DNA of 64,000 nucleotides from Fistulifera solaris. Taxonomy: Eukaryota. Location: the NCBI GenBank assembly GCA_030295235.1, contig AP026126.1:1302001-1366000 (forward strand), read 5' to 3'. Shown here piece after piece: positions 9,839 through 23,220 of this stretch. The notes beneath the pieces were generated by a model. The model was not told the origin of the DNA. It did not search any database and saw only the letters and a list, made by a program, of their open reading frames with translations. Numbering within the stretch: position 1 is the first letter of the stretch; each line of letters begins with the position of its first letter. A program made the position numbers and the translations under genes.

Positions 9839-12800
9839 ATGGCATCTACCCAAGGCCAGTTCGCGGCGCAGTTGGCGGACTTTTGGAAAGATGACTTTGC
9901 TCCCCTGGAAGCGGCCGGCCGTGCCGTTTTGAATTGTCTTCGTGAAGACGAAGCTGCTTCGGATGCCGATCTGTATCGTCGTATTGCCAACTCTTCTACC
10001 GGATCTCATGCCTACTTTGAAGACGACGATTCGAAAATTGCGCTGCAGTGGAAACATGTGCAATCCGATCCGCTGCCCGTATTGCTGTCGCAGCAATTGT
10101 CTACGGTACAAAGTCACTCGTTGATGGGATTGTTGGCCCCTGCATCACTGGCGTGGATGAGTGTTGATCACAAACTGTATTTGTGGTCGTTTCAGAGAAA
10201 CGTGCCGAACGAATCGTTGCTGTGCTTTGAAATTCCGAGTCAACAGTGTGTGGTTAGTGTCGGATTGGTGCAACCCAAAAAGGTGCGTACACGAAATCAT
10301 CGAATTAGGGATTCTAGCCAAAAGCGATCGGGTGCTCATGTTCTATTTGTCACCAAAGGTGTCTTTAAGGATGATGTCAAATGGGGAATCGTTGTCACAA
10401 CACCCGAAGAAATATTCTTTTGTGCATTAGTTCACTGTAACCCATCAAACCCCGATTTCAGCGGCGTGGCGTGGCGATTGGTCCCCACCAGCTTTACCTT
10501 GCCGACGGATGGAGTGCGTATTTTATCCATTGCGGGTACACAGTCGGGACGCATTTTTCTGGGTGGGGATGATGGGTGCGTATACGAAATGTCGTATGAA
10601 GGACGTATTCCCGACAAAAACAATCCAGTGCTCGTGATCTCGAAATCTATTTAGATCGGTTTTATGAAAATGGCGAGAAATTACCCAATGTGGTTATCAC
10701 AGACGCGGAAGACAGGGTTCTCCAAGAGAATAAGGCGGAACCGCTCTCTTTTGGGAAACGCGCGTGGAGTGCGATCTCCGGTGATGATGAAGCTTATGAG
10801 AAGCAACCACGCAAGGTCCGAAAACTCAATCGCACTTCCGACTCTTTTCTGCGAGCCATACTTCCTGATTTTATCAGTAATCAAGCGGCGGCTTTGTTTG
10901 GCGGGAAGAATGCTACGGGTGGTGGAGGTATCGTACAAATTGCGGTGGATGAGGAGCGACAAACGCTCTACACTTTGGGGGTCAAGGGTTGGATTTGTGC
11001 CTTTGATTTACGATCTCAGTCATCGAGTGGCGACATTCGGTTGGCTTCGGTAATGGACACCGTAAAAACTTCTCGATTATATTTGGAAGCGGTGTCTCGG
11101 GGGCAGGTCATCCCACCGAATACGTTACATTCTTCTGTGCTCGGGACGTTGGTTTTCCCCGGGGGTAGCCAAGCAGCCCAAAGCGGCGTAGGAGGTATGG
11201 ACGGAGCGCGCAATATTTTGAAAATTGCTATTTCCCCGGCAGATAGGTCCAGTGCAAGTTCATGTGTTGGTGAAAATGTTTTGAAGCCTGTATCCATACA
11301 AGTGGTTGCACCATCCGAAAGTTCTCGTGTCACTCTTGTCGCTATAACACAAGGGGGCTTGCGACTCTACATATCTTCGTTAGCCCCCAGTGTTTTTAAT
11401 CATGGAACTGCGTCTGCTTTACAAAGTAATGGAATGGTCAGGACCATGTCGAACATATTAGCGCCTCACACACGGTTGACTTTTTGCCACATGCGAGCAC
11501 CGCCTATGAAAAACTCAGAAAAAGGAGTTTTAGATACATCTAGTCCAGTAGAAGGAGCAATTCTGCCACGGTATTCATCGCCTCTCAAAATCAACGCTGC
11601 TTGGTATGAAAAGGGAAACTTTGTCGCCGCTGTTGAAGGAAACTACTCGGCATCGAAGGGCCGAATGGATGAAAACCCATCGAACAATCAAAAGAGAGGC
11701 GACATCATTGTTGCAACTTCTCCTGATGCTTCACGCCATCTTGCTACGTTGTCCCGTTTATCCGGTGAGAATGGAACCAAGGAAAATAGCGATGACAAAG
11801 AGCGTTTTCTTAGTGTTGGCGGAATTAGCGAGGCTGTCTCGTTTCCGATGTCCATGGCTCTCGGAATTCGAGATAGGGATTCAGTGACACCCGGGGGAGC
11901 AATATGGCAAATCGCTTCACTTCAAGAAGGTCGCTCACCATTATTCGAGTTGCTGGTAAATTCCATGACACCATCCGAATCGGAGCTTGGTATAGGACCG
12001 CCCCCGCTTTCTATCCGTCTTCAAGGACGGGTAAGACAGGGAATGACACAAATCAGTCGAACCATAACTCCTCGACTGATCTTGTTGATTTAAAACTTTC
12101 GTCAGCAGCTCTTTCTGTTGTTGGAAGCGTTCTGGGTAAGCTACTACTTGCGAGGCCCATTTCGATGAACGGCATGCCAGCCCAAATTGCGTCAACTTCG
12201 ACCGGTGAGAACGCGATTTCACGAGGAAAACACGATTGCTATAGAATCTCCTCGCGTGATGCTTCCAATGGCTTCAGTTCGACTGCAGAAGAAAGATCTG
12301 GTGCTGTGAGCAACATTGCGTATACTGCAGGTAGTCAATCTCCTCTAAGATCAGCTAGGTTGCGACAGGGTTTACTTAAACCTCCTGCAACGTCGTTAAA
12401 CTTATTTTCGACGCAACATCTTGACCATCGTCCAAGGGAAATTGTCGCTGTTAATGCTGGCGGACTTCATTACTTTCAATTAGAGGGACATCTGCACCAA
12501 CTTGCCAATGCTATTCTATCTGCTAGAGAGCGAGTTAGGGATGATGCCACCGTTACGAGATTCTTTTCAGGGTTTGGCTACAAGGAAGGTTGTGCCATGT
12601 GCATCACGTTGGCAATTGGATGTGTTGAAGTAAGCAATGCGGATTTGAGGCGTCTTGCAATGGATGCTGCTTTCGCAAGGGCGTTGGCACCGAGACTCAT
12701 TCCATCAGAGGAATTCAATACGAAAAATAGTTCCAGCCGAAGTGTTGTTACAACTGGAACATCTGATCCCATAGTTCCTAAAGGCTTCGAATTCAAACCA

Positions 12801-15428
12801 TCTGCCCTTTGCGAGTCTCTTTATTCAACGCTTTCCCGTCTTGTTCGTCCAGTTTGGAACAAGCCAGTCGTTGTGGTAACGGAGGGGCCTTTCATTAAAC
12901 GCCAATGGTCAAAAATAGCTTTGCAAGCTCCGGCTAAAGTCGAAATACTACTTAATGAAACAACACTTGAAGAGATCAGTCGTCCTCTCCGAAATCTTCA
13001 GTGTGAAGTGCGATCCAGGTTGTTTCGGGCTGTGGCCTCTATTCCTGGAAGCGCTCAGCCGAATTCAATGGAAATCGATGCGATGGACGGGTGGTCAGAT
13101 GATAGTCAATACTTAACAAGGGCATTACAATACCACAACCAGTCCCGCACAATTCAAAATGGAACGGTAACGAGCCTTTCAGTCGAAGAAGCTGAGAGTA
13201 TTGCACGGCTAATCGAAGAGAAGAATATCCATTCGTTGTACCGATTACTTTCTCGCGTCGTTCAGCTTTTAAATCTTCTTTTTTTGCTTCGTCGTGCTCA
13301 GATATCGACTGAACTTCATGAAGTCGATTGGGGTATGCTGCATGGATTTACTTTCTGGCAACTTGTGGGCACGTTGGAAGGCCAAGATCGTTTGGAATCT
13401 ATGCTCAATGCACTTGTAACTTACTCCGCATCGGACGATTCAGGGACAAAGAGCTTAACTGCTCAAGCTGATGATTTGGTTGATAAGCTAGGAGATCAGT
13501 GCTATCTCTTCTTTCACCTGGATCGCGACTTGCATACTCTGGGCTCAGAAAGGCAGCTCAAGCTCTCAACTGCCACCCCGAGTCCGCGCTTCGTCGCGAG
13601 CTAAAGCAAGCTGCAAAGTTTAAATTTAAGCAGGCTGCTCAACATTGGCGAAGTGCAACTCTTGTCACAGGTCATGCCATTCATACGAAAGAGAAAGAGA
13701 GCTACAAAGTAATTGCCCAGCGTGCTATACAATACGGCAGTCCTCTTGCTATGGCCGTTGCCAAACTTATCCAATTGGAAGATGTCGACACAGCCGTCGA
13801 TGTGTGTCTTAGTGTGGCTTCGAATTTCCGTAGAATTGGTGGAGGCAGAGAGACGACTGGTTTTGAACTTCAATCGATTGCGAGCCAACCGACTGACAAA
13901 CTTAGTTGGGAACACTATCTTTACCATAAGCGACCTGATCAAGTCGAGACCGGTGTGAGCCAAAGTACAAGTTCTAAAGGATCTCGTCATTCCGCTGCTT
14001 ATGGAACAGATGTCAGCTCTGAAGATGTTGTGGCGACGTGCTATGCCTTGATCTTTTACCACCTTTCATTTCTTTTGAAATCCCCTCATCAGTTGCTGGC
14101 TCGGTCAATGCTTGAGGTGTGTTCCTCGTCTACAGATAGCAAATTTTTGGAGGCCTTCTACTCATACATGTTGGAAAGTGGCAATGAAGATATTTTGCTA
14201 AGAATTGTCAGCACGGATCTGGAAGAGTGGCTAAGAAAGAAGGAGGATCAGGATTTGCTTTGGCGTTACCTCAGTATCCAAGGACGACAACTAGAGGCGG
14301 GTCAAGAATTATTCTTGAGAGGATGCGCCAAAGACTTGAAACTTCCCTTGAGTACCCGAATCGAGTATCTATCGAAAGCTTTAAGTGCGTTACGCATAGC
14401 GATGAAGGACGCCCATGGAATGGGCGAGATAGGTCACAAGGTAGACGAAGTCGACGAATCTCTTCAAGTCGCACGCATCCAAAGTCAAATCTTGCAGGCC
14501 ATCGAGTCGTCTACGAGTGATTGGCGTTCCGAGATATCTGAGGAGAAGATTGATGCGCTGAAATTCAGCCTTGTAAATGTGTCAGATCTTTACAATGACT
14601 ATGCGGTAGCGTTGGAGCTCTACGAATGCTGTTTACAGATCCGACATATTTGCCGACACGATGACCCCGACGCTACTCGCTTTTTGTGGAAGCACATTAT
14701 CTGTAAGGAATTTCTCCCGTGTGCCACACGTAGTGACGAAATCTGTCAGTTCCTTAAGGGCTGGGTGGCGGAAATCGGACGAGATGCTGAGGTTGTCCCT
14801 ATCTCAATCGTGAATAACGGATCCGGGTCCAACTTTTGTGTGTTTGAAAACGGTGATTGGATCAAGCAAGTCGAAGACAAAGTAGTTGACCTAGGACAAC
14901 AGCTGTACGGGAAAGGAAGAGACTATGTCGCTCCGCCGAAATTGCTCTTGTCGTATTTGGATGGTAGGTAATGTTCATCTTCCATCTTTCGCTTTTCCAA
15001 AAAAGCTGGCACTCACTCTCTCTCTGAATCTCTCTGAAACAGAACTGTGCGGTGCGTTACCCGATATTCTTCGTCCGGAATGGCCCCTGATTATTCTGGC
15101 TCGAATTGGAGTTCCTTATCTTAGTATCTTGGACACCTTTGAAACGTTGAACCGTTATGAAATTCACGGTTTTGTAAGGGAGCAGGATGACGAGAGATGG
15201 AAAAGAGAAATGCACGCTATCATTGAGCTTTTGCGACATTGGGTTGCTTCCGCGCGTTCAGCAGCGAAAGACAGCAAAGCTTGGCAAGAACTTTTCCGTT
15301 CCCTGACATCTGGGAAGCTCATGCCTAAAATTGACGACCTACGGATCCAACTTGAAACCCATTCCAATACAGCCGCCTTGCAAGAAAGTATCCGTGTTAT
15401 TGCGCACGAAATCCAAAGTATAGCGTAG
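9839..15428 (+). CDS. NUP155: Nucleoporin Nup155/Nup170 family
   Basis: Beta-propeller motifs AWMSVDHKLYLW, VVSVGLVQPK and TQSGRIFLGGDDGCVYEMSY, followed by a long helical region (DLLWRYL, LSTRIEYLSKA, VSDLYNDYA). Introns at about 10282-10358 and 14965-15041. Several frameshifts; the start is uncertain. Confidence 0.88.
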
Positions 15429-15835
15429 ATGTTTGACGACTAGCCTTATGCTTTTTCCTTTCCTTGTGCATCGAACTTCCTTTGCTTCTTCTTTTACTTT
15501 GCACAGCAAGGGGCTCGCCTTACAACAAATGTTGTGCTGTCATGTGGAACACAAACATGATACGAAACTCTTGTCTTTTTCATTCCATGATGTAGTCCCT
15601 TTAAATAATGGCAGATTACGGGACTGAAATCTAATTGAATCACATATTGCGTTAACCAACACTTTACCGTATACTTCGAGAAACAGATTCTACCTGGTGG
15701 GACGGAAAGACGAAGCCCAGAACCAAGGAAGTTTTTAGCACGCAGAACGCAGAAGCGGGACGACGATGATGATCTCTCTAGATTTTCCTCTTTCCTCATC
15801 AGATTCTTGCAAATTAAGACACAAAGAAAGGAAGG

Positions 15836-18800
15836 ATGAAGCTTGAAGAACACCGTGTTAATAGTCAAAGCACTGGAACCGACAACCTCATTCTTGAATG
15901 CGGAACTAGTCTCGCCGAGCGCGAACATCGTGCGGAGAGCGAAAGCGCAAAAACCGACCGTAGTTCTTTTGAGTCCATTGCGGCACTCCGCGCTCATGTT
16001 GCAAATGATGTCGTAACTTCCCAGCAGCGGTACACGACCTTTGCTTCTCCGTTCGAACTGGTTCGTGACTCAGCAACATCGGGGAGCCACAGGTTCTTGG
16101 ATGTCCCTCTCGTGTACGCCGATCAAACCGCTTCCAATCGTCCTCTTGAAAGCATCGAGAACTACATCCAACAAACTTGTTTACCACTTTATGGAAACAC
16201 ACATACAAACACAAGCATCACTGGAAGTCAAAGTACTGCTTTTGTCGCAGAAGCTCGCCAAATTGTGGCCGAAGAAACGAATGCCAAGGTGACAGGGAAA
16301 GCGAGTCTAGATGTAGTTCTTTTCGCGTAAGTGGCAGTCGATTCTCGTCGTCCGTTCCGATCCGTGATTCTCATACAATTGAATTTATACAGGGGGGAAT
16401 GGAGCAACTGCAAGTGTCGAATTGTTAATTGACTGTTTGGGTGTTCGACATGCTTGTCAGGAACGGTCCACGCGTCCCGTCGTTTTTATCGGCCCCTACG
16501 AACATCATTCGAATCTTGTTCCGTGGCGTGAGACTGGATGCGAAATTATCATGGTTCCTGAATGTTCGAATGCTACTGATATCGACTTTGATGCTCTCGA
16601 CCGTCTACTCGCTAGGCCGGAATACAATGGACGCTTGAAAATGGGAACCTTTTCCGCGGCGTCCAACATTACCGGGAAGATCAGCGATGTTGACCGCATT
16701 GCCGCCACGCTGCACAAATACGGGGCATTAGCGTTCTTTGACTATGCTACGGGTGCTTCCTATATGAAGATGGACATGAATCCACCGCCATCGGAAAAAT
16801 ACCCATTCCCTGCTTCTACTGCCAAAGACGCGATTTTTATCAGTCCACACAAAATGATAGGAGGAGTCGGTACTCCAGGTGTTCTGATCATTAAGAAGCA
16901 TCTTGTCAACCAGAGTAATGCACCGCATAGGTCAGGAGGTGGAACTGTCTTTTATGTCACTAGCGAGCATCACCGCTTTCTTGGCAACAGAATTGAGCGT
17001 TATGAAGGCGGTACTCCAAACGTATCTGGAATCATTCGGACGGGACTTACTTTTTGACGAAAAGAAAGATTGAGAAGGAATACGAACGTTTGGTTTCTCA
17101 AAATGTCAATTTGCCCCTTACAGTTGAAGACTTCGACTGTGCCGAATACGAACGCATTTCGACGTTTTTAGCCCAGAATGCGCCGAATCTTGTGTTGTTG
17201 GGAAAAGGCACCGGTTCGCGACATCTCCCTATCTTCTCGTTTCTTATTCGTTTCCAAGGTAGATTTCTGCACTTCAACTATGTCTGTGCAATATTGAATG
17301 ACGTCTTTGGAATCCAGACCAGAGGTGGTTGCATGTGTTCGGGACCATTTGCACAGAGTTTGCTTGGTTTGACTTACAAGAATGCAAACGGAGTCGATGC
17401 TCCCAACGAATTCAACAAAGAGATTGAGGATGCATTGATAAAGCATAAAGAACGTGCCGAACTTCTTCGTCCCGGTTTTACAAGACTGAGCCTTCCGTTT
17501 AAAGGATTGCTTGACTTTGAAGTTGAATACATCTTGAATGCTTTGGTTTGGGTGGCTAAACACGGTTGGGCGTTGATGTGCCAATATCGGTGCAACCACC
17601 GCACTGGAGAGGTACGATTTTCTCATCTTTGCGTTGTGACTCATCGTTTCTATTTACTCACACACACATGACTTGTAGTGGCGTCACTCTAATCGTCAGG
17701 GGAAACCACTTGGACGGGAAGAGAGAAAATGGCTGAGTCATTTTGACTTAAAAAGCGACAAACAAGTTCGTTTAATGAAAGATAACACGGACGAGTATGC
17801 CACTTTGTTAAAACATACGTTGGCAAATGCCAATACATTGCTTGATGTTGCAGTGACAGATCAGCGGAGCATATCACAGGCATTGAAAATGATGGATTCC
17901 GAAATTATTAAGGGGGAGGATGATAACATGAACCTAGAGAGTCTGCGATGGTACGCTTATCCTAAGGAATGCGCAATGCTTCTATCATCTCGCAAATATG
18001 ATGAAGCCGTCCAACTGGAAATGCCTTTGCTGGGTGCCATGAAGCCAAATTGCGTGAAAAATCGGAGGCTGTCGCCGAAGCGAGGTAATGAGGCTAGTTT
18101 TGATTCTGCGAACGAATCGACCTCCAGTTCTGATGTAAGCGCTAAGAAGCAGAAAGTAGAAAAAAATCCAGATCCTTTTGCTACGGAAATAAACAATGCG
18201 AACGTCAAAGAGAAGAAAACCCCAAGAGATTGTTCCACGTGGGGCAAAGGAGAAATGGTACCTGTCCTCGCAAACTCAAAAGAACAGACATCTACTTCTG
18301 CGTCTATGTGTCTTGGTAAAGAGCCAATAGTTGGGAACAAAAGTTTCAGCACATCAAACCTCCTGCCAAGATGATGCGGCTGATTAATCAAGCGATCGTC
18401 CAATGGGACATGATAAATGAAGGAGACAAACTTCTTCTCGGTTTATCGGGAGGAAAGGATTCGCTCAGTCTCTTACACGCATTACTTGAAGTCAGGAGAA
18501 AGCACCCGGTGAAGTTTGAACTTGAAGTTTGCACTATTGATCCAATGACTCCCTCTTTCGATCCATCATCGCTCATTCCCTATGTTGAATCTCTGGGACT
18601 GAAGTACCATTACATTCGCGACGACATCGTCTCTAGGGCTAGCTCGTCGGGAAAGGACGGCAAGATGGTGTGTATTCTTTCATGTTCACTGCTTAACTCT
18701 TCTACAATTGCTTTGCTTATGTTCTTTATTTAGGTGTCTTCGCTATGCGCATACTGCGCAAGGATGAAAAGGGGCAACCTTTACTCCTGTGCTCGGAAGA

Positions 18801-19447
18801 ACAACTGCAACAAGCTAGTCTTAGCCCAGCACCTCGATGATTGTGCTGAGTCATTTATGATGAGTGTAATGCACAATGGTTTTCTGCGGACGATGAAAGC
18901 AAATTACAAAATTAATTCTGGGGATCTTTCGGTTATACGTCCTATGGTATACTGTCGTGAGAGTTTAATGACAGAATTTGCGAAATCCGTTAGTCTCCCT
19001 GTCATTAACGAAAACTGTCCAGCTTGCTTCGAAGAACCAAAAGAGCGGGCGCGCATCAAGAAGTTGCTGAGCCGAGAGGAGAATCTTTATCCTAATTTTT
19101 ATGACAACATACGGCGGTCCCTCCTTCCCTTGATGCATGATGATGCGACGTCTATACTGCGGTGTTATACTGATGAAGTTGTTTCGAAAAGTCGGAAAAA
19201 TGCTAAGGTTGCTACCCGCGCCGTAGACGATGAAGATATAAAAATTTCAACTGACTCTTTGACGAAGGTATCAGAAGAAGAGCTCGTCAAAGAGCTGGCA
19301 AGGAGGAAAGCTGATCGTTTCCGGCTTTCTGGTTCAATGAAACGAGTTGACGACAGCGACATGTCGGGAATTCCTGATCCAACTGGTCAGATGTGTTCGT
19401 TAAATGGAGGGAACGGCACCATTCCATGCACAGAGCTCATGGAGTAA
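15836..19447 (+). CDS. Fusion of a class V PLP aminotransferase (cysteine desulfurase-like) and a TtcA-like PP-loop tRNA thiolase
   Basis: N-terminal half: YADQTAS, YGNTHT, EHHSN, FSAASNITG, FDYA, SPHK (PLP Lys), EGGTPN, RGGCMC. C-terminal half: SGGKDS, CAYCARMKRG, QHLDD, IRP, NCPAC. Introns at about 16328-16392, 17612-17678 and 18668-18733. The linker reads into KFQHIKPPAKMMR, in frame with the TtcA part. Confidence 0.87.
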
Positions 19448-19465
19448 CTCATGTAACGCGAATGT

Positions 19466-22400
19466 CTAGTCAAAGCTATCAACTTCACCTCGTCTTGCAA
19501 GAGACTCAACCTCTTCATCTAAATGTTCCGTTTCCCGAGCGGCTTCGAGTAGTTTTTGAGTCCGAGAGCGCGATTCCATCAGTTTTTCCCGCTGCCTTCG
19601 CGCCCATTCGTCGGCATCTCTACTCATTAACGCTATCCTTTCTTCGGGGAGTAGTTCTTTCATATCCCGGCTTAGTTGAAGTAGCTTGTTTGTCATGTCT
19701 CCAAGGACGTTAGCCCCAGCAAAGTTGCCCCGTACGCTATCACCGAGAGATCCGACGATGTTGTCGACAACCTGTACGAACGGGCGAACGTCCAGTGAAG
19801 GCATCACATCTATCAATTGCTTGAGAAGTAGTCTCCTCTCAACAGCGGTTTCCATCCGTAAAACATACCCTATGTGATCAATGTACCTATTTATACCTCG
19901 GGCCAATTCAGCATAAACACCTTGCTGTACAATTTTTAGCACATGCAACCACTGATTGTGCTCGGGATCATCGAGAAGTCCAGCGCGAGCAAGTTTTGCT
20001 TCCTCTTCGGCAACTGCGTATTTCAAATACGCGACAAATGCATCATCAAACAACGGTCTCATTTCTCTCACACCGTCAGTCAAAGCTTGTGCTGTCTCTT
20101 CTTCCGTGTTGTGTTTGGGGTCCATAGCTATCTTGCATATCGATCTAATGACTTCCAATTGTTGAGCCTCTAACTGAGCACCAAGAGCCCGCGCCTCTTT
20201 TAGAAGCAGCTGAGCAGCAACAACTAATCCTCCAAGAAGCTGACGCTCCCGCGAACTAGTTGTTTCGATGGAATCGTCGCCTCGGCGCATAGCTTCCAGG
20301 TCACGATCAGCCATCAGGGCGAGTCTCTCTTTCACAAGTGTCACAAAATTGTCAGAGAGCAACAAATCTTTGTAGTTGGAAGTAATTTCATTATGCCTCT
20401 CCTCTGGTTGATCCCATAACTCATCTAAAAGCATCTGTAGCTGCGAAGATTCTTTCATCTTTAACAAAGGATTGTCAATGAGTCCGATATCCACTGCTTC
20501 AGCCATAAGCGTTCGCATATTTTGCACTTGCTTGTCAGTTAACTGTCGATTCCCAACAAAATAAGTCGTCAGGCTGGTCCCGTCAAGCAATTCCTCTTTG
20601 ACTTCTTTCATTTTCTGGAGTACTTCCGATGCGAATTGCGCTTGTCTTAAAGCTTCGTCTAATTCTTTTGGCAGCCGTATCGTGCCTGTTCCTGGTGAGG
20701 CCCCAGGCCAGTTCACTGCGGTCTCCGGATCCACATTCGGATTGTAGACTTCTGGGCCGGAGAAAATGTCAAAGAGCGGTGCCTTCAAAGGTCCATCCAA
20801 TTCTTCATCGGGAGACTTGTTGATACGAATCTCAAGTTCCGCCAACTCGTCATCTAATATACGGGCGTGACTAGATATGGAGTTTTCGAGTGCAATGAGA
20901 TTATCCACCTCGTTCTTATTTTCCATATTTTCTTCTTCGCTGAAAGCCCCTGATGTTTCAATTTTACTAAGACGACCGTCTGCAATGTTTTCTCCCGCCT
21001 CAAACATGCGCCGAAGCTCTTCTTCAATTGTCATCGTCTTAATATTTATTGTTTCAGCAGTTCTCGTCCTCACCTCTACGGCAGCTTTATCGGCCACATC
21101 GGACATGAGACGATCTTCGCGCCTCTGCCGTTGTTCCCGAAGTAAATCTTTTGCCTTCTCAAAAGCCCCACTAACGAATCCAGCGCCTAATGTACTTTCA
21201 TTGTCCTGCTCGTCGCCAAATTTCATGACCTGATTCAACAATTCCTCAGGTGTGAGTTCTTCGCCTTGTTCTGACATCTCCAACAACGCGTCCTGAGCTG
21301 CTTTGATCATTTCCTTTTGCTGCGGATCTGTAATGTCATTTGGGTCATTCACCAGGTCCTGATCGGAAAAAACAGCATCACCACCCGCATCCTGGCGAAT
21401 ATTCAGGTTGAGGTTTCGTGCCATCGGTTCATTTAGTGAACTCTCTTCGATTGCTGACGACTTTGCCTGATCCTTTAAATAGTCGGCCGGCCTTGAAATC
21501 GTTTGCATGAATGCTCGCGGCTTTCCAGTTGCAGAGCGATCTAAACTTGCAGGTCTGTAAGACAACACATCCATCCCTATTGGCGAAGCCTTGTCGCCAT
21601 CAAGTCTTTCTGGTTCGTTGTCCTCCTCCTCCGGTATTCGAATGAGCCCAGATTCATACGTATCCTCGGGTAAGCTGGTACTTCTGGCGCTCTTTTCCCG
21701 CATTTTCTCAGCAGCTCTTTTGGCTGCATCCACTGCGTGATTCCCACTACCAGTTCGTTTGGCATTACGCTCAGCGGCCAACTTGGCTTGCTGTACAGCG
21801 AAATCGAGTCCAGGCGGATTCGCTCTACTGTTTGTTGATGACGAAGAGGATGCCGTACTTTTCTTCACTTCTAAAGTCCGTTGAACGGTAGCTTGTTGCC
21901 GTTTCGAAACGATTTCAGCGTCTGTAAAGCCTGGTTTGGGAGTCGATTGTTGTTGTGATTTGTCATCATCATTGCCCAGTATTTCCGCTAGAATCGATTG
22001 CCGACCTTCCAAGTACGAGTTCGACTTTGTTGATCCAAATGATATTTTTCCCGACATGTATTTTTCTAACCCTCGATCCAGAGCTTTCAAAATCTGTTTC
22101 TCTGAATCCTCAAAGAGGTTCCGTAAGAGCGGAGGCAGCGACTTTCCCGTTTGTGGTCGCTTCCCTACAACGACCATGGCCAAGTTGGTAGTCGTTGATT
22201 GATCTTCCGGAAAGACAGCGACCACTTGAACTTCTAAACATGTCTGATCTGATGAAGGCGAAAGGGACGAGTCCCACTGAACAACACTTTTGAGTCCTCG
22301 ATCGTCTTCGCCTCGTATACCATGGGAAGCCGAGGAGGAAGTTGAAAATGATCTTGTAGGTATTCGACCAGCGTACTCAAAAAAAAGATGTGAATTGATG

Positions 22401-22621
22401 TTTGATGGAGATCTAACGATCTTTTGATACATCACAGACAAGTCTTCCGTTTTGTACGTTCCATCCGAGGCTTGGTATTGGAGGGCGGATGATCTATCAG
22501 GATGAAACGAAGGAAGAGTCACAGAACGCAACATTACTCTCCTTCCCGTTAACAAGGAAATAAAGCCACAGCTCGGAGTTATAAGCAGAAGTGTAGTAAA
22601 TATGAATTTAGATGATATCAT
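19466..22621 (-). CDS. Hypothetical protein of about 1050 aa, acidic and helical, probable plastid presequence
   Basis: Long ORF. Likely start MISSKFIFTTLLLITPSCG-FISL (signal peptide plus F). No family recognised. Confidence 0.8.
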   Translation of the reverse strand: MISSKFIFTTLLLITPSCGFISLLTGRRVMLRSVTLPSFHPDRSSALQYQASDGTYKTEDLSVMYQKIVRSPSNINSHLFFEYAGRIPTRSFSTSSSASHGIRGEDDRGLKSVVQWDSSLSPSSDQTCLEVQVVAVFPEDQSTTTNLAMVVVGKRPQTGKSLPPLLRNLFEDSEKQILKALDRGLEKYMSGKISFGSTKSNSYLEGRQSILAEILGNDDDKSQQQSTPKPGFTDAEIVSKRQQATVQRTLEVKKSTASSSSSTNSRANPPGLDFAVQQAKLAAERNAKRTGSGNHAVDAAKRAAEKMREKSARSTSLPEDTYESGLIRIPEEEDNEPERLDGDKASPIGMDVLSYRPASLDRSATGKPRAFMQTISRPADYLKDQAKSSAIEESSLNEPMARNLNLNIRQDAGGDAVFSDQDLVNDPNDITDPQQKEMIKAAQDALLEMSEQGEELTPEELLNQVMKFGDEQDNESTLGAGFVSGAFEKAKDLLREQRQRREDRLMSDVADKAAVEVRTRTAETINIKTMTIEEELRRMFEAGENIADGRLSKIETSGAFSEEENMENKNEVDNLIALENSISSHARILDDELAELEIRINKSPDEELDGPLKAPLFDIFSGPEVYNPNVDPETAVNWPGASPGTGTIRLPKELDEALRQAQFASEVLQKMKEVKEELLDGTSLTTYFVGNRQLTDKQVQNMRTLMAEAVDIGLIDNPLLKMKESSQLQMLLDELWDQPEERHNEITSNYKDLLLSDNFVTLVKERLALMADRDLEAMRRGDDSIETTSSRERQLLGGLVVAAQLLLKEARALGAQLEAQQLEVIRSICKIAMDPKHNTEEETAQALTDGVREMRPLFDDAFVAYLKYAVAEEEAKLARAGLLDDPEHNQWLHVLKIVQQGVYAELARGINRYIDHIGYVLRMETAVERRLLLKQLIDVMPSLDVRPFVQVVDNIVGSLGDSVRGNFAGANVLGDMTNKLLQLSRDMKELLPEERIALMSRDADEWARRQREKLMESRSRTQKLLEAARETEHLDEEVESLARRGEVDSFD

Positions 22622-23220
22622 GATGTAAACTTCGAATTTGTTAGAAGGCATCGAATGGTTTTGGCAATGATGTTTTGGAATTTCGACAAAGAAGAACGAA
22701 AACAAAAATGCAACCTTGTCGCACGCGAAGGTTCGATGGTGGGGCGTTGTGACGGTTGATGACAAGACGGATAGTGCTACGACATCCTACGACATCCTGT
22801 GCATAATCTATCTCATTTTCGCCTAGACTAATAAAACAAATGATTCATGCCTTCAACAGCAGTGATGAAAAGATTTAGTAGTGCTTTATCTATTATTTCA
22901 GCTTGCGATGGTTCAAACACAGGCGGAAGCTGGTGAGCATGGACTCAAACTCGGCTTGAGAAACGAATTCATGACTGAAATGCAGTCGTGGTCAAGTACA
23001 GAGTACAGTTTGGGTTATAGTAGTGGGTCTTGTTAAGGATTTTTCGTTTAATTGATACGAGGGGAGCTTTGATTTTTTCTCGTTTTGTACGTGTTCGGTG
23101 TTCGGTGATGTAACAGTTCGAAACGTCAATGGGCGCAAACAGTGTAGCTGATGGCACGGATGCCTTCAAAAATAGCACTACAAGAGAGAACAAAGGGAGA
23201 CAACCAATTATTTTCTGACC

